DNA of 64,000 nt from Clostridiales bacterium. Lineage in GTDB: Bacteria > Bacillota > Clostridia > DUPQ01. Each line of letters opens with the position of its first letter. Positions within the stretch are counted from its first letter, which is position 1. The DNA is taken from NCBI GenBank assembly GCA_023145435.1, contig JAGLDS010000004.1, forward strand, positions 40,546-104,545, in the 5' to 3' direction. Made by a program: the position numbers and the translations under genes. The notes under the pieces were generated by a model that saw nothing but the letters and a program-made list of their open reading frames with translations, made no database searches and was not told the DNA's origin. Below are positions 1 to 11,460 of the stretch, one piece after another.

Positions 1-509
1 CTAGTTGTACAAAAAAAGTTAAAAACATCCTTTTTAACTTCTCGTTGATAAAAAAGATGTACTAAATTATCTTTTATAACAACTTCAGGTGCTATGGCAC
101 CTTTAATAACTGGACTATCACTATGTTTAGTAAAATTAAGACCATCTAAAGATGTGGCTAAACCAATACAAGCTTTTTGGTGATAAGAATGGCCTGAATA
201 ATACAAAAAGATTTTACCATCAATAATAACAGTAGCAGGATCTACTAAATGCCTACAATCAAAAGCGCTTTGGTCTTCACTTGCTTTTATTATTGGATTC
301 CCTTTATAGTGCGTCCATGTAACACCATCAAATTTATCAACATCAGTATACATTACTCCTAATTGATCATGGCAAGCTTCTGATTGCCCTCTAAAATAGA
401 TTAAATACTTATTATCAAATTCTAGTAAATCTGGGTTTGCTACATGCTTACTATAAAAAGTATTTGGTGTTCTCTTAATAATCGGATTATTCTCGTAGCG
501 TTTAAACAT
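1..509 (-). CDS. Five-bladed beta-propeller glycoside hydrolase-like protein (GH43/GH32/GH130-like), runs off the window edge
   Basis: Not in the ORF track. Manual translation from ATG at 509 (GGAG RBS upstream) gives MFKRYENNPIIKR...ANPDLLEFDNKYLIYFRG...WTHYKGNPII...DPATVIIDGKIFLYYSG...IGLATSLDGLNFTK, open to position 1. Repeated NPII/DP/YY-G blades are typical of this fold. Confidence 0.75.
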   Translation of the reverse strand, partial: MFKRYENNPIIKRTPNTFYSKHVANPDLLEFDNKYLIYFRGQSEACHDQLGVMYTDVDKFDGVTWTHYKGNPIIKASEDQSAFDCRHLVDPATVIIDGKIFLYYSGHSYHQKACIGLATSLDGLNFTKHSDSPVIKGAIAPEVVIKDNLVHLFYQREVKKDVFNFFCTT

Positions 510-1470
510 CTTTTGTTTCTCCTTTTATTTTTGATTTTAATAAATAATAAGCTAAATACCCTAAATGAACACTAGCAAATAATATAACTGGAATATATGC
601 TAGTGTGATTTTTAATGAAAAAGCTAAAATAATATCAAACAAGTGAAGAATTAGTGGAATTACCCATACTACTGGTTGCTTAATAATATTTACCATTTCA
701 CCTCGCTTACGATATATAAACATTATTACCATACTAACTATCATTATTAATGAGAGCATACTTATTTCAGCTACTCTATTTTTAAATAGTGGAAATATTG
801 GATAAAGAAATAGTAAAAATCTATTAATTGGAGATACAATTAATAAAACACCTGCTATTGGAGCAATTGTAATATATGCTATACCCACACTAGTTTTTTC
901 CTTTGATTTTTTATATAGATATCTACCTAATAAAATTAAAGTAGCATAGTAAAACATTAGGAAAAACCATCCTGTATAATTAAAATATGGAATACCAAAA
1001 AACATCTCTTTATAATGTGATGTCCAATTCCATCTTCCCTCCATTACACCTTTAACTAAATGTAAATCAAAAACTGCTACAGGGTCAATTGTTAAGTCTT
1101 GTAGTACACCTAAAAACCCAACTACAAAAGGTATTGCCCATTTTGGAAATTTCATTAATTCAGCAAATCTTAATGCAGCATAGAAAATAACAGCTTCAAA
1201 CATTAATATAGATAAAGGGACAACACCTATCATTACTAACCTATCAAGTGAGTAATTATATGTATTTCCAATAACTCCAATATTTTCAAATATTCCTGCA
1301 AATACAACAAATCCAAATAATTCAAAAGTGCGATATACTCTATTCCTATTTTTATTTTGCTTAATAATAACCGCTAAACAATAAATGAAAAGAACAAAAG
1401 CAAGTATTTCTGCAATAACCCAAGTTATAGGTGATGATAAATACTCAATTACTTCAGGTCTATAATTCAT
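502..1470 (-). CDS. Polytopic membrane protein, CruF/carotenoid-biosynthesis (DUF422)-like
   Basis: Many TM segments; motifs QDLTIDPVAV and GIPYFNYTGWF resemble this family. Confidence 0.55.
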   Translation of the reverse strand: MNYRPEVIEYLSSPITWVIAEILAFVLFIYCLAVIIKQNKNRNRVYRTFELFGFVVFAGIFENIGVIGNTYNYSLDRLVMIGVVPLSILMFEAVIFYAALRFAELMKFPKWAIPFVVGFLGVLQDLTIDPVAVFDLHLVKGVMEGRWNWTSHYKEMFFGIPYFNYTGWFFLMFYYATLILLGRYLYKKSKEKTSVGIAYITIAPIAGVLLIVSPINRFLLFLYPIFPLFKNRVAEISMLSLIMIVSMVIMFIYRKRGEMVNIIKQPVVWVIPLILHLFDIILAFSLKITLAYIPVILFASVHLGYLAYYLLKSKIKGETKDV

Positions 1471-1657
1471 TATAATCTCTCCTAACTATAAAAATATGCC
1501 AATGATTATTTTTATTATAAATTATTTATTTATAAATAACAAGATTTTAACTAAAATTATGAACAAAAAAATATCTTTACATTTTATTTTATTTGTAACG
1601 TGGTATAATCAAAAAAAAGGTTTTGATGGAACGAGTTATAAATAGGATTTTAAGATA

Positions 1658-4021
1658 ATGAAACAGCAGAGTACATTTTATAGTGGACATGAGATATCGT
1701 TAACAGAGAAAAAGAAAAATGAAATAATAAGTAATGCAAGTTTTTGGCTGAATATGAGTTTTGACCAGATAAACAATCTAATGTTCTCTGAAAACTTATT
1801 GCGTTCTTGGTTTGTATTATCATATGGCAATTGCCCTGATTGTGGCAAACCTGTATTGATGTATAATTGGAAAATAGATATTAAAAATCATCCTTACAAA
1901 GTACAATGTCCTCATTGCGATAAATTCTTCCCAGATAATGATTTCGAAGCCTACTATAAATCTGGGTTAACTAAAGATAAAAGATTTTCTTATGAGTTAG
2001 CTAATAACAAACTACTTACAGGTGATAAATATATTGATGATGGTAATGGTTATGTACATGATGATGGTGAAAATTACCGTTTTATTGCATATTATCTAAC
2101 CATGGGTCAATGGGAAACAAATATTATTGGTGGTATTAATGCACTTTCATTAGCTTATTTAGTAACAAAAAAACAAGCATATGCAACACGAGTAGCAATA
2201 CTTCTTTTTTCTATCTCAAAATTTCATAAGTATTTTGATTATTATAAACAAGGTCTTATGTATGAACAAGCAAATAAATCAAATGGTTATGTTTGTTATT
2301 GGGCAAGTGCATCTACTGACTGTAAGTATATGATAAATTCCTATGATATGGTATTTGATGCTATAAAAAATGATGATAATCTTACAAATTATCTAAAACT
2401 ACCTTTTTTAGAAATTCAGCAACAAATCGAACATGAACTTTTTCAAGATATTCTTAATAATAAGAAAAAAATATTTTCAAATCCCCCATCAACTGATATT
2501 ACTATACTAAATACAAAAATTACTCTTAATTGGCCTGAAAACAAACAAGAAATCATGAATGGTTTAGATCATATTATTAAAGAAAACACTTTAGTTGATG
2601 GGTTACCAGGTGAAAAAGGCATTTCAGGATATGCCTCTATAGGTCCAAGTTTATTATTAGACTTATTTACTCAATTAAGTTTATTAAGTGAAGATTTTAT
2701 TAATGAAATTTTAACTAAATACCCAATACTATATAAAACATATCGTTTCCATATTGACTCCTGGTATATGAACAAATATTACCCTCATTGTGGAGATACC
2801 GGTACCTTTAATATGAAAAGTTTGTCTAATGTATCAATTATCACAAAATATCAAGCTAATGCTCAAAAATTAGTAAGATACTCCCCTGATTGGTTTGCCT
2901 ACCAACTCTACAAACATTTTGGTGATATTGATTTTCTGAAAATAATATATATAAATAATGGATATTCATTTGATAATCTATTTGAAGATGATTTATTTAC
3001 AAAAAAATCAGATAAAATTCAAATTATTACCTTAGTTAAAAAAATAATTTTAGAACATGGAACTAGTACAAATCAAATTAGCACAAACTATGAAAAATAT
3101 CGTATGGCTTTTTTACATAGTGGACAAAATCAGAATAAGAGAATGGCTTTTTTACTTTATGATTCAGGTGCCAATCATTCTCATCAAGAAGCATTGAATT
3201 TTGGTTTATTTTTTAAAGGTAAAAATATTATCTCAGGTTTTGGTTACCCACCTGTTGGTTATGGTGGATGGTTTTCCAATCAAGTAAAGTGGTATCGCCA
3301 TCCAAGTTCACATAATATTGTTGTTATTGATAATAAAGAACATGTAAATTTATCAAAATCAGAAACTTTCTTACGTTATCCTGAATATGGAAAAACTTTA
3401 CTCTTTGAAAGCACAGATTTATATCATGTTATTTGTGCAGAAGCCAAAGAATATGTTGATGCTGATAAATCTCTTAGATTATTAGCTATGATTGATATAG
3501 ATGAACAAGACTCATATATTATTGATATTTATCAAACTATTGGTGGTAATAGTCATCGCAAATTTCAACGAAGTACGTTTACAAACCTAGAAACACAAGA
3601 ATTATCATTAAACCCCACTCAATATGAAGAATATGAGTTTATGCGTAATTTTAAAACCGATAATTCTCCAAATTCTACATTTACTGTTACTTTCCATGAT
3701 AATGAAACATATTTTGCTTATACAGATTTATCAACTAACCGAAAAGTAAGCATCTGCGAGTCATGGGTTGATTTATCTAGAATGAAGGATCATATTGGTG
3801 AAAATAATTGTTTATGGTTACCAACTCTCATGTTAGAAACAATTGGTGGCCAGTCAACCTTTGTTTCAGTTATGGAAGTATATGAAAAACAATCTAAAAT
3901 TAGTTCTATTAAAAGAAAAGGTGATAATAATAATATTACTTTAATTATTACTCTTATTAATGGTAAAACTGATATTATTAACTTTAGTAATAATAATCAA
4001 TTTACTATAAATAGAAAATAG
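1658..4021 (+). CDS. Heparinase II/III-like polysaccharide lyase with N-terminal CxxC...CxxC insert
   Basis: C-terminal GANHSHQEALNF and HPSSHNIVVID motifs; helical N-terminal part; no signal peptide. Confidence 0.7.
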   Translation: MKQQSTFYSGHEISLTEKKKNEIISNASFWLNMSFDQINNLMFSENLLRSWFVLSYGNCPDCGKPVLMYNWKIDIKNHPYKVQCPHCDKFFPDNDFEAYYKSGLTKDKRFSYELANNKLLTGDKYIDDGNGYVHDDGENYRFIAYYLTMGQWETNIIGGINALSLAYLVTKKQAYATRVAILLFSISKFHKYFDYYKQGLMYEQANKSNGYVCYWASASTDCKYMINSYDMVFDAIKNDDNLTNYLKLPFLEIQQQIEHELFQDILNNKKKIFSNPPSTDITILNTKITLNWPENKQEIMNGLDHIIKENTLVDGLPGEKGISGYASIGPSLLLDLFTQLSLLSEDFINEILTKYPILYKTYRFHIDSWYMNKYYPHCGDTGTFNMKSLSNVSIITKYQANAQKLVRYSPDWFAYQLYKHFGDIDFLKIIYINNGYSFDNLFEDDLFTKKSDKIQIITLVKKIILEHGTSTNQISTNYEKYRMAFLHSGQNQNKRMAFLLYDSGANHSHQEALNFGLFFKGKNIISGFGYPPVGYGGWFSNQVKWYRHPSSHNIVVIDNKEHVNLSKSETFLRYPEYGKTLLFESTDLYHVICAEAKEYVDADKSLRLLAMIDIDEQDSYIIDIYQTIGGNSHRKFQRSTFTNLETQELSLNPTQYEEYEFMRNFKTDNSPNSTFTVTFHDNETYFAYTDLSTNRKVSICESWVDLSRMKDHIGENNCLWLPTLMLETIGGQSTFVSVMEVYEKQSKISSIKRKGDNNNITLIITLINGKTDIINFSNNNQFTINRK

Positions 4022-4027
4022 CAATAA

Positions 4028-4053
4028 AAAGACAGTAAATCACTACTGTCTTT
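4028..4053. terminator. Bidirectional intrinsic terminator
   Basis: AAAGACAGTA-aatcac-TACTGTCTTT 10-bp stem between convergent genes, with A/T tracts on both sides. Confidence 0.75.
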
Positions 4054-4078
4054 ATAAATACAATTTTTTTATTTTACT

Positions 4079-4615
4079 TTAATCATCATCTGTATTTTGT
4101 TTACCACTACCACCCATACCACCTCTACCACCAGCATTTGTGGATATAAGCCCCATATTACGTAAATCTTCATTTGCCAATACGCCTGCACTAATTACTT
4201 CTTGTAAAGTTACTTCTTCGTTAAGTAATTGTTTAACAATACCAACTTGTTCATCTGATAATCCTTCAAGATTTAAATCATTAATATCAATATCTGTAAA
4301 ATTTGGAATAAGTGATACTTGATCTCTATCAAATTCGCCATTGCCTCTCAATCCTATGTTAGATTGGTTAGGAGTTAAACCTAATTCAGATAAATGCTCT
4401 TGTGTAAATAATCCAGATAGCATTAGTTCCTTAAGACTTATTTTATCATTTTGCACATCCTCTAGTGCATCTATTTGTTCATCACTTAAGCCTTCTGTAC
4501 TTACTTCAATTAGTGTACCATCAAGTGTCTTAATTTCTAGGGTTTTACTACTACAAGCTGTTAATAACAAACTTGAAATAACTATTATTACGATTATAAC
4601 TGATATTTTTTTCAT
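4079..4615 (-). CDS. Lipoprotein with duplicated ~40-aa acidic repeat and Gly-rich tail
   Basis: Lipobox LLTA-C; two EGLSDEQ...GL repeats; ATG at 4615 follows GAAGGTG (track start is GTG 4624). Confidence 0.7.
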   Translation of the reverse strand: MKKISVIIVIIVISSLLLTACSSKTLEIKTLDGTLIEVSTEGLSDEQIDALEDVQNDKISLKELMLSGLFTQEHLSELGLTPNQSNIGLRGNGEFDRDQVSLIPNFTDIDINDLNLEGLSDEQVGIVKQLLNEEVTLQEVISAGVLANEDLRNMGLISTNAGGRGGMGGSGKQNTDDD

Positions 4616-4691
4616 TTTTTTCACCTTCTAAAATAATTTAAACTTATTATATATATATAACCTTAAATTTTCCTTAATAAAAAGTGATACT

Positions 4692-5279
4692 TTATTTATC
4701 ATTATCTTCTATGCAATTATCATAAGTAGATATGACTTCATTGTATAGTTGTTTTGCTTCATCTTTTGAGTCTACTGGAGCACATATAATAGTATTAACA
4801 CCAGATTCCCAACCATAACCAATACCTGTATAAAGAATTTTCGGATCAAATACTACTGATGTAAAATCATCATTAATATATAAGTCTCCTACATAATGAA
4901 TTTCAGGTATATTATCATATTCATGATAATAACGAATTTTCACCTCACCTTTATTACATTTATTAAAAACAATAGTAATAGATTCATTGTTTATAGTCAT
5001 TGAATCTCTATTTTCATAAACCTCTTTAACTTGATTTGGTATAGCAACACCATTTTGATATATCAGTCCTTTAAAATATTTACCAAAGAACATTGAATTC
5101 CTATATTTACCTACAAAACGAATTTCTTGTTCTTTTTGATACTCTATATGTTCAGCATTATCAATATATAAAATTCCATCAAATGATATATCAATTTTTC
5201 TAGGAATCGAATCAAACACTAATATTGCTAAAATCGCTAATAAACTTATACCTACAATAAACCATGAAAAATGTTTCAT
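4692..5279 (-). CDS. Membrane-anchored hypothetical protein (paralogue 1 of 3)
   Basis: N-terminal TM helix; shares W-x7-APx-S/T-x-E-A C-terminal motif with 6144-6683 and 6690-7202. Confidence 0.7.
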   Translation of the reverse strand: MKHFSWFIVGISLLAILAILVFDSIPRKIDISFDGILYIDNAEHIEYQKEQEIRFVGKYRNSMFFGKYFKGLIYQNGVAIPNQVKEVYENRDSMTINNESITIVFNKCNKGEVKIRYYHEYDNIPEIHYVGDLYINDDFTSVVFDPKILYTGIGYGWESGVNTIICAPVDSKDEAKQLYNEVISTYDNCIEDNDK

Positions 5280-5560
5280 AATAAACTCCTATCTAGTATT
5301 ACTATAGCAAAGAAAAAAAGTAAAATTCAATAAAACTTACTAATTGTCCTTTATATATGCTAACCAATACATTTTTTTACTTTATTAGCCACTATTGTAT
5401 CAACATTGCTAAGTTATAATATTTCAATAAACATCATAAAAATGGAATAAAAATCAAAAAATATAATAAATTCCATGGATATTATATGCTATTATCGCTT
5501 ATAATATAGGTAGGGGCAATTATATTTTAAGAACATCTATAATTAAGTTGGAGGTACTAA

Positions 5561-6130
5561 ATGAAAAAAATTACTTTAATTACACTTATTCTTGTGTTTT
5601 TTCTTACTGCATGTGAATCATATAAAATAATACCAGAAGGAATAACTTTAATAGATGAGTCTGAGGTCCCCGTTAGAGAAGGATATGTTTGTATTCTTAA
5701 AGAACGTACAACTTTTGACACTTTAATAGACAAATCATCTCACATAGTAAAATTAGTTGTTAATGAAGTTATTTATTTTCAATATGAAGCTTCTTATACG
5801 TACAATGATTACCTAAATACTTGGGAGCAACTTGGAATAGCATATGATATAACTATTGAAGAAGTATTATATGGTACTAATATAAAAAAGAATAAAAATT
5901 ACTATCTATACTTGCCATTCATGGAAGAATACTCTGATCCCCCTTTGATTTTCCCTGAAGTTGGAGAAGAATACTATGCTTTTTTAATGGAGTTAGATAA
6001 TAATAATAGTAAAGCTTTATTAGAATTTATTGATTATACTTTTAAAGATAATGAAATTGGAATTGTTCCAGTTTCTGTAGCAAATGAAAAACGATTATTA
6101 ACTACTATTGAAAATTTCACAAATAAGTAA
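5561..6130 (+). CDS. Hypothetical lipoprotein
   Basis: MKK plus hydrophobic stretch and FLTA-C lipobox; GGAGG RBS. Confidence 0.7.
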   Translation: MKKITLITLILVFFLTACESYKIIPEGITLIDESEVPVREGYVCILKERTTFDTLIDKSSHIVKLVVNEVIYFQYEASYTYNDYLNTWEQLGIAYDITIEEVLYGTNIKKNKNYYLYLPFMEEYSDPPLIFPEVGEEYYAFLMELDNNNSKALLEFIDYTFKDNEIGIVPVSVANEKRLLTTIENFTNK

Positions 6131-6143
6131 AATCTTTAATAAT

Positions 6144-6683
6144 TTATTTTATTGGCTCCATTTTATTTTCTAAATAATTTTTCATTAAATCATTTGACAT
6201 TATTATTGCTTCTTCTCTAGTAGATGCAGGTGCACATATGATAAGACCATCATCACTGCTCCAATGTATTCTGCTTAGATTACCCTCCACAGGTTCTGCA
6301 ACTGTAATTGTTACTTGCTTAAAATTTGAATCAATAAATATACTGCCAATATTATTTTGTACTGATGAATCAGTTGAGTAAAATACTAGATAACCTCCAA
6401 GTTCTGGATGAAATCGTATGTTAACTTCTCCTTCTGCAACATCTCCATTACTTTCTAACACTACATAGCCTACAAATGAGGCTTGTGTAAGAAATGCTTT
6501 TTGAAATCTTCCATCAAAGTGTAATAGAACATATTCAAAAGTTTCATCGTTCTTCTCACCTGCTTTTATTTGAACACCTAAAAAATCACGTTGAATATTT
6601 CTTGGTAAATGTATAATTAGCATAAGTAAAATAACAAATATAATAACTATACTACTTAAAATAGTTACTATTTTTTTCTTCAT
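6144..6683 (-). CDS. Membrane-anchored hypothetical protein (paralogue 2 of 3)
   Basis: N-terminal TM; HWSSDDGLIICAPASTREEA motif. Confidence 0.7.
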   Translation of the reverse strand: MKKKIVTILSSIVIIFVILLMLIIHLPRNIQRDFLGVQIKAGEKNDETFEYVLLHFDGRFQKAFLTQASFVGYVVLESNGDVAEGEVNIRFHPELGGYLVFYSTDSSVQNNIGSIFIDSNFKQVTITVAEPVEGNLSRIHWSSDDGLIICAPASTREEAIIMSNDLMKNYLENKMEPIK

Positions 6684-6689
6684 ATATAA

Positions 6690-7202
6690 TTACTCCAATT
6701 CTTTTTGTAAAAAGGAATCCATTACTTCGTTTGAAATAGCTATAGCTTGCTCTCTACTAGATGCAGGAGCTGCCATCATCAATCCTGAACTCGAATTCCA
6801 AGACCCTTCTTCATTTATACAAATTGCCATTTTGGAAAAATCATCATTTATTAATATTCTATCAGTTGTTATAACCCCATGACTATCATTGGTATCATAA
6901 AGTTGAGCTGAATTATACTTATTAAAATCAAGGGAAGTTTTCTTACCTGGAATGTTATTTAACTTATAACCATCTATATATACATCACCAACAAAAATAT
7001 GTGCAAGAAATGAATTAACATATCTACCTTCAAACTTTAATGTAATTAATTCTTCATATTCAATATTGTCTATTCCCAATCGATATTGTATACAATCTAA
7101 TTCTACATCCACTTTTGTACCAATTGACATAACAACAAAAACTGCTAAAGCAATTAATAATATTACACCTATGATTACTATAAAATAACCTAATTTATTC
7201 AT
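6690..7202 (-). CDS. Membrane-anchored hypothetical protein (paralogue 3 of 3)
   Basis: N-terminal TM; SWNSSSGLMMAAPASSREQA motif. Confidence 0.7.
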   Translation of the reverse strand: MNKLGYFIVIIGVILLIALAVFVVMSIGTKVDVELDCIQYRLGIDNIEYEELITLKFEGRYVNSFLAHIFVGDVYIDGYKLNNIPGKKTSLDFNKYNSAQLYDTNDSHGVITTDRILINDDFSKMAICINEEGSWNSSSGLMMAAPASSREQAIAISNEVMDSFLQKELE

Positions 7203-7288
7203 ATTATCTCTTTACCTCTTTAATTGTTTAGTTCTCCCTGCAAAAAAGTATAACATAAAAAGTGATTTATTTATATATAAATATTGGC

Positions 7289-7313
7289 AAAAATAAAGCA
7301 GCTATTGCTGCTT
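7289..7313 (-). terminator. Intrinsic terminator of the ATPase operon
   Basis: Minus strand AAGCAGC-aata-GCTGCTT followed by TATTTTT, immediately after the subunit D stop. Confidence 0.75.
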
Positions 7314-7319
7314 ATTTTT

Positions 7320-7964
7320 TTATGTTCGTTGTTGTTCTAACATCATATCTTTAACTTTCATTAATCTAGTAGTATTTCCTCTCTCATTTTCATCAAGTTT
7401 CATTGTTATGTACTTAATTGTTTCTTGTAATTGAGGAATCATAACATACTCTAGTGCATTAACACGTCGTCTTGTCTTTTCAATTTCTCTAGCCATTAAC
7501 TGAGTAGTTTTTTCTAACTCTGCTAGTTTTAACATAATAGGTAATACTTCAGTTAGATTATAAATAGCCCCATCTAATTCACCTGATGTTGAATGTAATC
7601 CATAAGGATAAATATTACCATCATCCGTTGTTACTTCATCAACTAAAAACTTTGGAACATTTACACTCATAATATTTTCATTTCCTAAATTAAGTTGTAC
7701 ACTTTTTTTAGGAATCATTAGTGCTTCTTCTAAATTTTCAAAAGGCATAATTGCTCTGGCAATAATAAAACTATCATGAGCTTTTTTAATCATCTCTTCC
7801 ATTTTCTCACGCATAGTCTTATTTTCTTTTACAATTATAATAAACTTTTTCATTAATTCATCACGTTTATCTTTAAGCAATTTATGACCACGTCTCGCAA
7901 CTTTGATACGTTTTTTAAGTTTATTTAATTCCATCCTTGTGGGATTGACATTAAGTCTTGCCAT
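7320..7964 (-). CDS. atpD: A/V-type ATPase subunit D
   Basis: NPTRMEL, RGHKLLKDKRDEL and EIEKTRRRVNALE motifs. Confidence 0.97.
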   Translation of the reverse strand: MARLNVNPTRMELNKLKKRIKVARRGHKLLKDKRDELMKKFIIIVKENKTMREKMEEMIKKAHDSFIIARAIMPFENLEEALMIPKKSVQLNLGNENIMSVNVPKFLVDEVTTDDGNIYPYGLHSTSGELDGAIYNLTEVLPIMLKLAELEKTTQLMAREIEKTRRRVNALEYVMIPQLQETIKYITMKLDENERGNTTRLMKVKDMMLEQQRT

Positions 7965-7968
7965 TTAA

Positions 7969-9346
<1,378 letters not shown>

Positions 9347-9354
<8 letters not shown>

Positions 9355-11125
9355 CGCTTTCACCACCTTTGGTTTTCAACTCATTCATTTGGGCTGTTAA
9401 TTCATTTTTTAATTGCTCAAAATGTAAATCAAAGTCTTTTTCAAGAACAAATCGAGCACGTCCTATTTTTTCTCTTACAGGAATACTAATTAAGTCGTTA
9501 ATATCCACATCGTATTTAAGTAGTTCTCTACCTTGATAATAGTATGCCATAATAATACTTAACATCTTATACTGTTTATTTGGTGAACAATATGTATCTA
9601 TTTCATGAAAAGCATCTTGATAAAGATAATCTTCTCTAATAGACCTAGAAGCTTCTAATGTTAATCGTTCATTTTTAGATAAAGCATCCATTCCAACTAA
9701 TCTAACAATTTCAAGTAGGGATGCTTCTTCTTGAAGTAATCTCATTGCATCTGTTTTTAGTTGTGGAAAGTCTTTGGCAACATTTTTTGCTCTCCATAAA
9801 GATAATCTATTATCATATAGTGAATAACTAGTTAACCAATTTATAGCTGGGAAATGTCTAGCATATGCTAATGCTGAATCTAATCCCCAGAATACTTTTA
9901 CTATACGCTGTGTTGCTTGTGTAACAGGTTCAGATAAATCACCACCTGGAGGTGAAACTGCACCAACAGCTGAAACTGAACCAAATATTTCTTTCGAACC
10001 AAGTACTTGTACTTTACCAGCACGCTCATAAAATTGAGCTAATCTAGAACCTAGGTAAGCAGGATATCCTTCTTCACCAGGCATTTCTTCAAGTCTAGCA
10101 GACATTTCACGTAAAGCTTCTGCCCAACGAGATGTTGAATCAGCAATAATGGCTACATCATAGCCCATGTCTCTATAATATTCTGCAATGGTTATACCTG
10201 TGTAAATTGAAGCTTCTCTAGCAGCAACTGGCATATCTGATGTATTAGCAATTAACACAGTACGTTTCATTAGTGGTTCACCTGATCTAGGGTCTTTTAA
10301 TTCTGGGAATTCCATTAATACATCTGTCATCTCGTTGCCACGTTCACCACAACCAATATATACAACGATATCTGCATCAGCCCATTTGGCTAATTGATGT
10401 TGTACAACAGTTTTTCCACTTCCAAATGGTCCAGGAATTGCAGCAGTTCCACCTTTTGCTATTGGAAACATTGTATCTACATTTCTTTGTCCTGTTATTA
10501 GTGGTTCATCTGGTGTAAATTTTGCTTTATATGGACGCTGTACACGTACAGGCCATTTTTGTAACATGGTAACATCAACGATATCACCATTTTCTTTTTT
10601 AACCTTTGCAACCACATCAGTCACTGTATATGTTCCTGCTGTAATTTCAGTTATTTCACCTCTTATACCAAAAGGAATCATTATTTTATGGTCAACTAAA
10701 ACTGTTTCAAAAACAGTTCCAATAATGTCACCATTTATTACTTTATCACCAACTTTTGCAGTCGGTTTAAATTCCCATGTGTTGTCTCTATCAACAGAAT
10801 CAACTTCAATTCCTCTTTTTATTGTATGACCAGTCATTTCTCTGATTTTAATTAATGGACGTTGAATTCCGTCAAATATTTCACCCATTAATCCAGGTCC
10901 TAATTCTACACTTAATGGCATACCAGTTGTTTCAACTGGTTCTCCAGGACCTAATCCAGAAGTCTCTTCATATACTTGAATAGATGCTAAATCTTCTCTC
11001 ATCTCAATTATTTCACCAATAAGACGTTCGTTTGATACTCTTACAACATCAAACATATTAGCATCTTTCATATCTTTGGCCACAACCAATGGGCCTGAAA
11101 CTTTAACAATTGTTCCTTTACTCAC
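9347..11125 (-). CDS. atpA: A/V-type ATPase catalytic subunit A
   Basis: Walker [30 protein letters not shown]. Confidence 0.98.
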
Positions 11126-11142
11126 GTTTTTACACTTCCTTT

Positions 11143-11460
11143 TTAGTTATCTTTAAACAAAATGTCTGCACCTATTGCTTTTTCTGCAGCATCTTTTATA
11201 TTCTTCATACCAATTCCTTTTGACCCTTTATTACTAGGTATAGGAATAATCGCAGGAATAATTTCATCATGATAATCATTGATTGAATCATGGATTTTTT
11301 CAAACACTTCTTCTGTTACATATATAATTGCATATTGTTTTTTTGCTAAATCATCAATTAAATCAGATAAAACTAGATGATCTGTAAAAAACACATCTAA
11401 ACCAACAGCTTTAAACCCTAATACGCTATCTTTATTTCCAATAACAGCAATCTTATACAT
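11143..11460 (-). CDS. atpF: A/V-type ATPase subunit F
   Basis: KIAVIG-DSVLGF...PAIIPIP...EKAIGADI; operon position. Confidence 0.93.
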   Translation of the reverse strand: MYKIAVIGNKDSVLGFKAVGLDVFFTDHLVLSDLIDDLAKKQYAIIYVTEEVFEKIHDSINDYHDEIIPAIIPIPSNKGSKGIGMKNIKDAAEKAIGADILFKDN

